A stretch of DNA of 44,517 bases from Patescibacteria group bacterium (GTDB taxonomy: Bacteria; Patescibacteriota; Minisyncoccia; Minisyncoccales; Staskawiczbacteraceae), in contig JBBTQJ010000020.1 of assembly GCA_038065755.1 (NCBI GenBank), positions 1 to 44,517 of the forward strand. Direction: 5' to 3'. Under the pieces are notes generated by a model, which was given only the letters and a program-made list of their open reading frames with translations, was not told the DNA's origin and ran no database searches. Positions 18,341 through 26,664 of the stretch are shown piece after piece; the first letter of the stretch is position 1, and each line of letters begins with the position of its first letter. The translations under genes and the position numbers were made by a program.

Positions 18341-18501
18341 TAGACCTGTTGCGAAATAAGATTCGCAACGAAATTTTCAGATTTTGAAGCGAAAATTTGA
18401 TAAAATGAGGAGGTTTGCCTATGGCAAGCCGACGAATTTTAGCAAATTTGTAGCCAAAATATGAAAATTGCAGTAGAAATATTATTTCGCAACAGGTCTA
18501 T
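18341..18501. repeat. 161-bp long imperfect palindrome, family C copy 1 (pyrB 5' region)
   Basis: Perfect 19-bp terminal stem tagacctgttgcgaaataa/ttatttcgcaacaggtcta. The internal core matches the element at 43875-44044. Confidence 0.85.
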
Positions 18502-18502
18502 T

Positions 18503-18550
18503 ATTCTATTCTTTATTTTAAAAATATCAATAGTTTGTCGCATAATATAA
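18503..18550 (-). promoter_or_regulatory. promoter (TTGATA-16-TAGAAT) with upstream TGCGACAAA motif
   Basis: tatcaa 18525-18530 rc and attcta 18503-18508 rc; motif tttgtcgcataatataa at 18534-18550. Confidence 0.5.
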
Positions 18551-18557
18551 ATATATT

Positions 18558-18869
18558 TTAGTTTTTAATTCCTGTGATTTCAATTTCTGTGTACGGCTGT
18601 CTGTGGCCGATTTTTCTGCTGTATCTTTTTTTCGGCTTATATTTAAAAACAATTATCTTGTCACCTTTTGCATGCTTTAGCACTTTTGCCGAAACATTGG
18701 CTTCTTTCACTGTCGGATTTCCTATATCAATTTTTTTGTTTTTTTCTATCAACAAAACATCAGAGAAGACAATTTCTTCCCCTTCTTTTTTTTCTATTTT
18801 TTCAATTTTTAATTTGTCTCCCGGTTTGACAATGTATTGTTTTCCGCCGGTTTTTATAACAGCTAACAT
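18558..18869 (-). CDS. rplU: 50S ribosomal protein L21
   Basis: MLAVIKTGGKQYIVKPGD... is a typical L21 sequence. Confidence 0.9.
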   Translation of the reverse strand: MLAVIKTGGKQYIVKPGDKLKIEKIEKKEGEEIVFSDVLLIEKNKKIDIGNPTVKEANVSAKVLKHAKGDKIIVFKYKPKKRYSRKIGHRQPYTEIEITGIKN

Positions 18870-18896
18870 GGTATTTGAATTTTAGCAAAATATATT

Positions 18897-19943
18897 CTAT
18901 TCGTCAAGCATAGGACGCTCCACTTCATCTATTTCAATCTTCGTCTCCCCCGATGTAAGTTTTACCACATCCTTGTCTATTTTTTCCAACTCTTTGCCGG
19001 CTTTATTATAACTGCCAACCGTGGCGTCTAAATGCTGTCCTAATCTTTTCATATATTCTGAATACGTGAACAAATGCTTTCCAAGGCGTTCCACCTCTTT
19101 TATAATTTGCTGCGCTTGTTCTGAAATTTTTTGATTTTTTAATCCTTGCAAAACCGTCTGCAAATAAGCTAAAAAAGAAGTAGGTGAAACAACAACAACT
19201 TTTTTCTTTGAAGCGTAATAAATCAAATTATTGGTATCTTCTGCGATAACCCCTACCTTATTTATTAATAAATCATAATAAACTGCCTCAGAGGGTATAA
19301 ACATAAAAGCAAAATCCATTGTTTTTTCTTCTGGTTTCACATATTTTGAAGTTTCGTCAATTCTTAATTTTAAATCATTAATAAATGCTGTTTCCAGCCG
19401 TTTTTTTTCATTTGTGTCTCTTGTTTCTACCATTCTGTTATAATTTTCCAAGCTGAATTTTGAATCAATGGGAATTATTCTTTTATCAATAAAAACCACT
19501 GCGTCTACAATCAAACCGTCGTCAAAAGAATACTGCATCTGATAAGAGCCCGGGGGCAGAACATTTTTTAAAACTGTTTCCAAATAATATTCGCCTAAAA
19601 TTCCTCTTTGTTTTGGATTTTTTAAAATATCCTGCAGGCTTCTCAGCTGGTCGGCAAATCCTATGACCTGCTTATTGGTTTCATCTAAACGGGTTAATTT
19701 TTCCGTCACATTTCTTATAATATTAGCAGACTGCGAGAACTGCTGCTGCAGGCTTTTGTTTGATTCAGATAACTTAGAATCTAAAACTTGGGAAATATGA
19801 TTTATCTGCTGAGAAAGCATTAATAAAGAATTATTGTCCTTGCTATCTGCATTCGGTTTTTTTCTTAAAAGCAAAAAAAATACCGCAGCCAACCCCGTTG
19901 TTATTGTGATTAAAATAATTAAAAATATTATTATTAAATCCAT
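18897..19943 (-). CDS. rmuC: DNA recombination protein RmuC
   Basis: N-terminal TM segment, coiled coil and RmuC nuclease-like C-terminus (QRGILGEYYLE). Confidence 0.8.
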   Translation of the reverse strand: MDLIIIFLIILITITTGLAAVFFLLLRKKPNADSKDNNSLLMLSQQINHISQVLDSKLSESNKSLQQQFSQSANIIRNVTEKLTRLDETNKQVIGFADQLRSLQDILKNPKQRGILGEYYLETVLKNVLPPGSYQMQYSFDDGLIVDAVVFIDKRIIPIDSKFSLENYNRMVETRDTNEKKRLETAFINDLKLRIDETSKYVKPEEKTMDFAFMFIPSEAVYYDLLINKVGVIAEDTNNLIYYASKKKVVVVSPTSFLAYLQTVLQGLKNQKISEQAQQIIKEVERLGKHLFTYSEYMKRLGQHLDATVGSYNKAGKELEKIDKDVVKLTSGETKIEIDEVERPMLDE

Positions 19944-20071
19944 TGTTTTTATTTTACATCAAAAATAAATTTTTTACAAAAAAAGGCTCTGTCACAGACA
20001 AAGCCTAAATACAATTTATATAATCCTTTTAGGGTCAACCTTCTTGTTCGGAGGCCTCCTGCGAAAGCACC

Positions 20072-20293
20072 TTAATCGTTAACTCCACTTGACATGGAAC
20101 TAATTCGTAAAAAAATATCGCTGATGCCAGCTGTGCCAACTTGTTTTTCCTTGGCAGTAAGCAAATTATTTTCTGCTAATTCTTTTAATACTTTTGCAAT
20201 ATCTTCCCAGTGCAAAGCGCTTTTGTCTCTAAGTTCGTCTCTTGTTATTCCATAACAGCAATAGCCGGAATTTCCGGCGATAGTTGACAACAC
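20072..20293 (-). CDS. hypothetical small protein (possible winged-helix)
   Basis: 73-aa ORF inside a promoter-to-terminator unit (TTGACA-17-TAGCAT about 20415-20443 rc; terminator about 19985-20010). Coding status is uncertain. Confidence 0.3.
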   Translation of the reverse strand: MLSTIAGNSGYCCYGITRDELRDKSALHWEDIAKVLKELAENNLLTAKEKQVGTAGISDIFLRISSMSSGVND

Positions 20294-20464
20294 TTTTACA
20301 AAAATACAATTTTTGCTTACATCTAAAAAAAATTATTTAGAAGGTTCCGGTTTGCCTTTTAGGGCTCCCATAAGGATCTTCTTTCAAAGAGCTGTTTCAA
20401 ATTCAAGTTTAATGCTATAAAAACAAACCCTAATTGTCAATATCTTTTTAATTTACAAAAAGAA

Positions 20465-20487
20465 ATTGGGACGTATGACGTCCCAAT
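20465..20487. repeat. REP-like 23-nt palindrome attgggacgtatgacgtcccaat, copy downstream of the RAYT gene
   Basis: 10-bp perfect stem, 3-nt loop, 8 nt after the stop codon. Identical to the copy at 20995-21017. Confidence 0.85.
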
Positions 20488-20494
20488 AACTATT

Positions 20495-21214
20495 CTAATC
20501 TAAAACAATGTCGCCAAAATTTTTTATTTCTTTCTTATAAACAACCCAATTATCAACTATATTTTTACAGCCCCTAACCCCACCCATCGCTTCTAAAAGA
20601 AATTCTCTTTGTGTAACATAAAAAAAATTCTTTTTACCGAGATAATCGGGGTAGCTGTGCCGTTTGTTATTCTCTAAAAACTCAACTACTTTTTCTGGAT
20701 TTTTAATACCTTTCTCTTTCCAGCCAGGCTCAATCAATGATATTAAATTAGTGTGAATATATGCAAAAACATTTTTTAGTTGTTCCTCGGTTTTAATATG
20801 AACTACCTGAAATCTGCTAAAAAGATGTCCTTTACGATCATATTTATCATTAAAATATTTTGCGTAACCACCGCTGACTTTTTTCATAAAATTAGTAATT
20901 CCATCATCTTTCAATTGTCGTAATAATAGGTGCAGATGATTGGGCATAAAAGAAAAACTTAAAACCTCTACCATTCTATCCCTTTTGTCTAGATATTGGG
21001 ACGTATGACGTCCCAATGTTTCTAATAATTTTTCTTTTTTGCGCTGAAGACGACGCAACCATATTTCTGTAGGTTTAGTATTATTAAACTCGTAAATTGA
21101 AAAAATTCCACGATAAAAATCTTTTTCTTCGCTAAAAACCAACGTGTCGCCTACGGCTCGAATAACAGTATGATAGATTTCATCATTTACTAATTGTGGT
21201 CGTTGAATTGACAT
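20495..21214 (-). CDS. REP-associated tyrosine transposase (RAYT / IS200-like Y1 HUH)
   Basis: HUH motif MPNHLHLLL and catalytic-Tyr region AYIHTN; 239 aa. Confidence 0.75.
   Translation of the reverse strand: MSIQRPQLVNDEIYHTVIRAVGDTLVFSEEKDFYRGIFSIYEFNNTKPTEIWLRRLQRKKEKLLETLGRHTSQYLDKRDRMVEVLSFSFMPNHLHLLLRQLKDDGITNFMKKVSGGYAKYFNDKYDRKGHLFSRFQVVHIKTEEQLKNVFAYIHTNLISLIEPGWKEKGIKNPEKVVEFLENNKRHSYPDYLGKKNFFYVTQREFLLEAMGGVRGCKNIVDNWVVYKKEIKNFGDIVLD
20995..21017. repeat. REP-like palindrome, copy inside the RAYT coding sequence
   Basis: Identical 23-mer, read in-frame as LGRHTSQ. Confidence 0.85.
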
Positions 21215-21221
21215 AAGGTTT

Positions 21222-22193
21222 TTAGAAAAAATAGGGTTTGAATATTTCGGTTACCAAAAAAGCAATATAAATAAATAATAAAATCAATGCCTCTTTTTTG
21301 GTTATTTTTTCCCCTGTTTTAATGGCAAGAAGAAAAACCAGCGAGGCAATTATGGCATAAGCCCTGGCAATTAAAAACGGAGAAAAATCTTCAATTTCAA
21401 AAGGGGAAATTATGGCCACAATTCCTAAAACCAAAGTGGCGCAAATAATCACAGAGCCCATTATGTCGCCCAGCACCATCCACCCCTCGCCCTTTCTGGC
21501 TGAAATAATTGAAAAATAAGCTTCCGGAAAACAATTTCCCAGGCCAACAATTAAAATGCCAACTAACGAAAGAGGAATTCCCAGTTTAACAGAAAATAAT
21601 TTAGCGCTGTCAATAATCGCCCACGAGGCCAATAAAAGAAAAATTAAAATAACAGTTATTTTTATTAAATCTTTTAAAAATAAAAGCAGTAATAATTTTT
21701 TTGGTTTTTCTTTTTTTCTTTCTTTATAAATTTTTTTAAACCTGTCTCTTTTTGAAAAAAGCCAATATGAATAAAAAACAAAACTCAAAAGCAAAATTAC
21801 TCCGTCTATTCTGTTGATATTGCCGTCAAAAATCAAGAGCAAAGGCAAAATCACAATTGCCGAGGTAAAAATAGCGCTTGTTTGCACCATATTGCTTTCA
21901 GCTTGCAAATGTTTTTTTGAAAACAGCACGGCCAGGGCCATAATTATAGTTAAATCAATCAAGTTCCCGCCAATAATATCTCCAAAAGCAAGCTGGGGCA
22001 TGCCGTTTATAGCGGCGTTAATATCAACAAAAAGATTAGGCAAAGAAGTGGCAAACGCCATTACGAAAAAAGCGGTCACAAACTCCCGCCAGCGCAAAAA
22101 TTTTGCTATATCCGCCAGGGTCTTAACCAAATGAGAGCTCAGCCACGAAAGAGCAAGGCAGGAAACTATAAAAATAATAATATTTAAAACCAT
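21222..22193 (-). CDS. Na+/Ca2+ exchanger family (CaCA, YrbG-like) membrane protein
   Basis: Two alpha-repeat-like halves (GDIIGGNLIDLT and GDIMGSVIICAT); about 10 TM segments. Confidence 0.7.
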   Translation of the reverse strand: MVLNIIIFIVSCLALSWLSSHLVKTLADIAKFLRWREFVTAFFVMAFATSLPNLFVDINAAINGMPQLAFGDIIGGNLIDLTIIMALAVLFSKKHLQAESNMVQTSAIFTSAIVILPLLLIFDGNINRIDGVILLLSFVFYSYWLFSKRDRFKKIYKERKKEKPKKLLLLLFLKDLIKITVILIFLLLASWAIIDSAKLFSVKLGIPLSLVGILIVGLGNCFPEAYFSIISARKGEGWMVLGDIMGSVIICATLVLGIVAIISPFEIEDFSPFLIARAYAIIASLVFLLAIKTGEKITKKEALILLFIYIAFLVTEIFKPYFF

Positions 22194-23311
22194 AAATTTA
22201 TAAAAAATACATTAATTTGATATGCAATCCCCAGCAAAAATATCAACGCCAAAGGATAAATAATCATTTTATTTCCGCCGAGTTTTTTATACATCAGCAA
22301 AATTAAAATTCCGTCTATTGAAAGCAAAACCCCGCCGACAAAAGATATCAGAGTAATAAAAGAATTAAGGCCTATCAAAAACAAAACAAGGGGCGCAAAA
22401 CAGGTGATAAGCCATGCTTGAGTTTTTCTAACGCCCAAATCGTACATAAAAACTTTTTTTAAAGTAAAGCCCAGCATAATAAAAGCCGTAAAAGTCGTTA
22501 TCACTCCCAAAAACAGGCTGAAAGAAAAAAATACGGGCCCCAAATAATTTTTTAATCCCGTCAGGGCGGTTTCTGTTGTGTTTGTCCCCGTAATGCCCAA
22601 TATTAAAAAAATAAAAAAAAGGTAAACGACCGACACCGTTGCCAAAGAAATGGCGATTATTTTTTTTAAATTTTTTCTTTTTTTCCCAAGCATTTCTTCT
22701 ATTTCTGGAATAATGCCCATTCCCCACAAAGAAAAAATAATGGGCCCATAGGGCAATAATAAATTTGAAATTTTTAATTCAAAATTAGAAATGAAAATAT
22801 TTTCTAATTTTATCTGGGAAAATCCGTTTATAAAAATTAAAAATAAAACTAAAAAAAGAAAGATCATCACCCCGAATTCAATTTTGGAAACTATTTTTAT
22901 TCCAAAATAAATAATGGCTGTCACCAGCGCCCAAAAAATAAGGGCGTAAAATAATTGACTGCCCCCGAATATGTTTGTTAAAAAATCACTGCCAATAATC
23001 AAATAAACCAAAAGCACCCCAAAAGAGCCCAAAATCATAGAAAGCAAATATAAATATCCCAGCCATTTTCCCAAGTGAAACTTAACAAATCCAGGAAACC
23101 TTTTAAAGTCTGGGGTTAAAAGCGCTATTTCTCCAAATATCAAATGAACCGAAATCACCAATGACCCCAATACAAAAAAATAAAAAATCATCTGCCATAT
23201 GCCAACCTGCAAAGCGATATACGGCAAAGAAAAAAAACCCACCCCAACAATAGCCCCAGATAGGGTTGCTACGGGCAAAACATAATCTTGAAATATATTT
23301 TTTCCAAACAT
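22184..23311 (-). CDS. polytopic permease, amino-acid transporter-like
   Basis: About 11 TM segments; N-terminal GAIVGVGFFSLP resembles Trp/Tyr-type permeases. Confidence 0.5.
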   Translation of the reverse strand: MFGKNIFQDYVLPVATLSGAIVGVGFFSLPYIALQVGIWQMIFYFFVLGSLVISVHLIFGEIALLTPDFKRFPGFVKFHLGKWLGYLYLLSMILGSFGVLLVYLIIGSDFLTNIFGGSQLFYALIFWALVTAIIYFGIKIVSKIEFGVMIFLFLVLFLIFINGFSQIKLENIFISNFELKISNLLLPYGPIIFSLWGMGIIPEIEEMLGKKRKNLKKIIAISLATVSVVYLFFIFLILGITGTNTTETALTGLKNYLGPVFFSFSLFLGVITTFTAFIMLGFTLKKVFMYDLGVRKTQAWLITCFAPLVLFLIGLNSFITLISFVGGVLLSIDGILILLMYKKLGGNKMIIYPLALIFLLGIAYQINVFFINLWF

Positions 23312-23483
23312 TATTATATTTTACATCCGCGTCGCAAAATTTACAATTTTAAACATGGAGATAATTAAAAAATGTTTAATCTTTTATTTTATATTTTTTT
23401 ATGTTATAATTTTAAAATCACGCAATTGAAAGTTGTAAATTAAAAATTAAAAATTCCAGTTTTGCGATAGCAAAATATGGCTT

Positions 23484-23558
23484 GGCCCTATCGTCTAGTC
23501 TGGTCTAGGACATCAGATTCTCAATCTGGTAACACCGGTTCAAATCCGGTTGGGGCCA
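23484..23558 (+). tRNA. tRNA-Glu (anticodon CTC)
   Basis: Cloverleaf folded by hand: acceptor GGCCCTA/TGGGGCC, anticodon loop TTCTCAA, T-arm ACCGG-TTCAAAT-CCGGT. No encoded CCA. Confidence 0.85.
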
Positions 23559-23567
23559 CTTTCAATT

Positions 23568-25265
23568 CTATTTATGGTCTGGGGGGATTTTCCAATAATT
23601 AATTATATATTGCGCCAGGTCTTTAAAAATAGGGGCGGCAGAAAGACTGGACTTGGGAACTTTTGGGTCGTCTAATTTTACCAATATTAAAAACTGGGGA
23701 TTTAAGGCCGGGCCAAACCCTATAAAACTCTGAATAGTTTTATCTAGATAATATCCTCTTTTGTCTTCAAAAGGAACTTCGGCTGTGCCTGTTTTTCCGG
23801 CAATATAGTAGCCGGGAACTTTGGCCTCTGATCCAAACCCTTTTTCAACAACCGAAATCAGCATTGCCGTAATCTGAGAAGCGGTTTGCTGTGAAATAAC
23901 CTGATTTTGAATTTGGGGTTTTGTGTTTGTTTCTTTTTTTCCTTGAACAATTTTTTCTGCTATATACGGTTTTACCAGCTTGCCTCCGTTGGCAAAAGCG
24001 CAAAATCCGCTTACAATTTGAATGGGTGTTAATTCAATTCCCTGCCCAAAGCTGGCCGTGGCAAATTCCACATCGGTTCCGCTTTTTAAATTTTCGTTGC
24101 GCGAATAAACTTCTCCTTGCAGGTCAATGCCTGTTTTTTTGGTAAAGCCAAAATTATCAATATAATTTAAATATATTTTGCGCGGTACCTGCTGGGAAAC
24201 AAACACCGCCCCCGTATTGATTGATTTTTCTAAAACTTCCATCATTGTCCTCTCGCCGTATTTTTTTCTGTCAAAGTTATAAATAGTTTTAAGTCCAATC
24301 TTAACAAACCCTTCGTCTGTGAATGTTGTATTGGGTGTTATTTTTCCTTCGTTTAAAGCGGCGGCCATGGTAAAGGGTTTTAAAATAGAGCCCGGCTCAA
24401 AAAGTTTTTGAACAACCGAGTTTTGAAAAATAGAAAAATAAACTTCTTTTGAATAATTATTAGGATTAAACGAAGGAAAATTTGCCATAGCCAAAACTCT
24501 TCCTGAATCCGGTTTTATTACTATTATCTGTCCTGTTTTTATATCTAATTCTTCTTTGGCTTTTTTTAATAACAATTCCGCTTCAAACTGAATATTATAA
24601 TCAATGGTTAGATAAATATCAGCGCCGTCTAAAAAATTTTCTTCCTGGCCGGAGAAAATCAAGTCCAGTCCTCTTTTTTCTTCTTTAATGCCGGTTTTAC
24701 CTTTTAAAATATCTTCGTAATATCCCTCAAGCCCGTATTGGCCAATTCCGTCTCCGCCTAAAAATCCTATTATATGAGAAGCTAGTTCTTCTTGGGGATA
24801 ATATCTGTTTTGGTCCGAGCTCCAATAAAGCCCCCTTAAATTTAACAATTTTATTTTATCTAATTCTTCTGATGGCAAATTTTTCTTTATAACAACGTAG
24901 TCATTTTCCCCTTCTATTTTAGAAAGTATCAAGTCGTATGGCTCGTTTATATTTTTTGATAAAATTTCTGCAAAAGATTTTTTATTTTCAATTTCTTTTA
25001 CGGTGGCTAAAATATTCCAGTTGTTTTTGTTTATGGCAATGCTTTTTATTTCTCCTTTTCCTTCGTTTCCCATATTTTCCTGGCTGTTATTTAAAAAAAC
25101 CTCTCCTCTTTCCCCTTCTACATCCTGAAACCCAGCTCTTTGGCCCAATGCCTGCGCCTGATAATATTTATGATTTATTATCTGCAAAAAAAACAAGCGG
25201 CTAATAATAGCTGCTCCCATAATAAAAACTAAAAATAAAATTATATTTATACGCCAGTTTTTCAT
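23568..25265 (-). CDS. ftsI: penicillin-binding protein 2/3-type transpeptidase
   Basis: N-terminal TM segment, SxxK (SILK), SxN (SIN), KTG (KTGT). Sits in the dcw position after ftsL. Confidence 0.85.
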   Translation of the reverse strand: MKNWRINIILFLVFIMGAAIISRLFFLQIINHKYYQAQALGQRAGFQDVEGERGEVFLNNSQENMGNEGKGEIKSIAINKNNWNILATVKEIENKKSFAEILSKNINEPYDLILSKIEGENDYVVIKKNLPSEELDKIKLLNLRGLYWSSDQNRYYPQEELASHIIGFLGGDGIGQYGLEGYYEDILKGKTGIKEEKRGLDLIFSGQEENFLDGADIYLTIDYNIQFEAELLLKKAKEELDIKTGQIIVIKPDSGRVLAMANFPSFNPNNYSKEVYFSIFQNSVVQKLFEPGSILKPFTMAAALNEGKITPNTTFTDEGFVKIGLKTIYNFDRKKYGERTMMEVLEKSINTGAVFVSQQVPRKIYLNYIDNFGFTKKTGIDLQGEVYSRNENLKSGTDVEFATASFGQGIELTPIQIVSGFCAFANGGKLVKPYIAEKIVQGKKETNTKPQIQNQVISQQTASQITAMLISVVEKGFGSEAKVPGYYIAGKTGTAEVPFEDKRGYYLDKTIQSFIGFGPALNPQFLILVKLDDPKVPKSSLSAAPIFKDLAQYIINYWKIPPDHK

Positions 25266-25284
25266 TTATTAAACTTGTTGTTTA

Positions 25285-25638
25285 TTATTTTGCGGCTGCA
25301 AGAGGGTCGTCTAATGTTTGTATTTGTATATATTTTATTTTTTTGGTTTTTTCAAAGCTTAATTCTTTGGTTTTAGTTTCCAAATTGCCCATAAATCCGC
25401 TCTTGGCAAAATCTACTTCCAAATTTTTATTTTTCTGCAAAAGATTGTTTTGCTGTTTTTCATAATTTTTAATCAAGTAAGCTCCCCTTGTCAACTCGTT
25501 AATGCTGTATATGTAAAAAAATAATGAAAACACTATCATAATGAAACTAACAAAGCAAAGAGAAGGAAATTTTAATATTTTTGTTTTGCTCTGCGCCTTG
25601 TTGTTTATATGAAAATATTTTAACATTGCTGTTGTCAT
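25285..25638 (-). CDS. ftsL: FtsL-like cell-division membrane protein
   Basis: 117 aa, single TM segment plus coiled coil. Lies between rsmH and ftsI, with an ATGA overlap with rsmH. Confidence 0.6.
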   Translation of the reverse strand: MTTAMLKYFHINNKAQSKTKILKFPSLCFVSFIMIVFSLFFYIYSINELTRGAYLIKNYEKQQNNLLQKNKNLEVDFAKSGFMGNLETKTKELSFEKTKKIKYIQIQTLDDPLAAAK

Positions 25639-26546
25639 ATCGGTTTTATTGCGGCTCTTAATTTTGCCGACCTTGACCTTGGGTTTATTTTTATTTCCTC
25701 AAAATCAGCCGTTATCGGCTTTTTAGTTAATATTTTTAATGCTTTATTTTTTTCTTCTTCTTTAAAAAAGTTTTTAACAATTCTGTCTTCTAAAGAATGA
25801 AATGAAATTATTACTGTTCTTCCTCCGGGAGCCAAAACCGAAATAATTTGAGGCAAAACTTTAATCAGATTATTCAACTCGTCGTTAACTTCAATTCTCA
25901 AGGCCTGAAATATTCTTGTTGCGCAGTGAATTCTTCCACGCTGAAATTTTAAGGGAACCGCTTTTTTAATGATTTTAACCAGATGAAGGGTGCTTTCAAT
26001 TTTTTTAATTTTTCTCTCTTCTATGATTTTATTTGCAATTTGCCTGCTAAACCTTTCTTCTCCGTATTCTTTAAAAATTCTTTCTAAATCATCTTGCCTA
26101 CACTCGTTCACAATTTCCTCCGCTGTTAAATATTTTTGGTTTTTGGTTTTTGGTTTTTGGTTTTCTGTGCCGTATCTCATATCAAGTGGCTCGTTTTTTA
26201 AAAATGTAAATCCCTTGCCTGAGTTTTCCAGCTGTTCTGACGAAAATCCCAAATCCAATAAAATTCCGTTCACCGGCTCAAACTTTTTCTCTTCAATTAT
26301 ATTTTTTAAATTAGAATAAGAATCGTTTGTTAAAATTATTCTTTCTTTGAAATCCGCCAACTGTAATTTTGTATTTTCTATTTGACTGGGATCTAAATCA
26401 ATTCCTAAAACTTTTCCATATGGCCCTGTTTTTTCTAAAATAAATTTTGTATGCCCGCCCTGCCCTATGGTGCAGTCAATAAAATTTTCGTTGGGCTTTG
26501 GGTCTAAATATTTTATAACCTCTTTTGTAAGAACCGGAACGTGCAT
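25635..26546 (-). CDS. rsmH: 16S rRNA (cytosine1402-N4)-methyltransferase
   Basis: MHVPVL..., GQGGH, GFSSEQL and PLDMR motifs. Confidence 0.9.
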   Translation of the reverse strand: MHVPVLTKEVIKYLDPKPNENFIDCTIGQGGHTKFILEKTGPYGKVLGIDLDPSQIENTKLQLADFKERIILTNDSYSNLKNIIEEKKFEPVNGILLDLGFSSEQLENSGKGFTFLKNEPLDMRYGTENQKPKTKNQKYLTAEEIVNECRQDDLERIFKEYGEERFSRQIANKIIEERKIKKIESTLHLVKIIKKAVPLKFQRGRIHCATRIFQALRIEVNDELNNLIKVLPQIISVLAPGGRTVIISFHSLEDRIVKNFFKEEEKNKALKILTKKPITADFEEIKINPRSRSAKLRAAIKPI

Positions 26547-26575
26547 TATAGTTTCAATTATTTTTAATCCATTCT

Positions 26576-26662
26576 AAGCGAGGCAATAAATTTTTCGAGC
26601 GCAAGGGCTGGCTCCCCTGAAAGAGAGTATCCCTCGCCGAGAAAAATTTGATTGCCGAGCGT
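26576..26662 (-). repeat. intercistronic structured element, family B copy 1 (mraZ-rsmH spacer)
   Basis: The 20-nt 5' block aagcgaggcaataaattttt and 3' block gagaaaaatttgattgccgagcgt are shared with 36873-36951. The blocks are mutually complementary and the centre is variable. Confidence 0.8.
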
Positions 26663-26664
26663 AG

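Noticed and set aside
18395-18445. Mini-ORF MASRRILANL preceded by GAGGAGG inside family C copy 1
   Set aside because: The second copy (43875-44044) keeps GAGGAGG but has no ATG at the equivalent position, so the peptide is not conserved.
18574-18885. 103-aa plus-strand ORF, and other 60-165-aa ORFs nested antisense in long minus-strand genes (for example 1329-1634, 6231-6590, 9328-9723, 30208-30705)
   Set aside because: They lie entirely within, and antisense to, well-supported genes. Their composition is low-complexity Phe/Leu/Ser-rich, as expected from AT-rich antisense frames.
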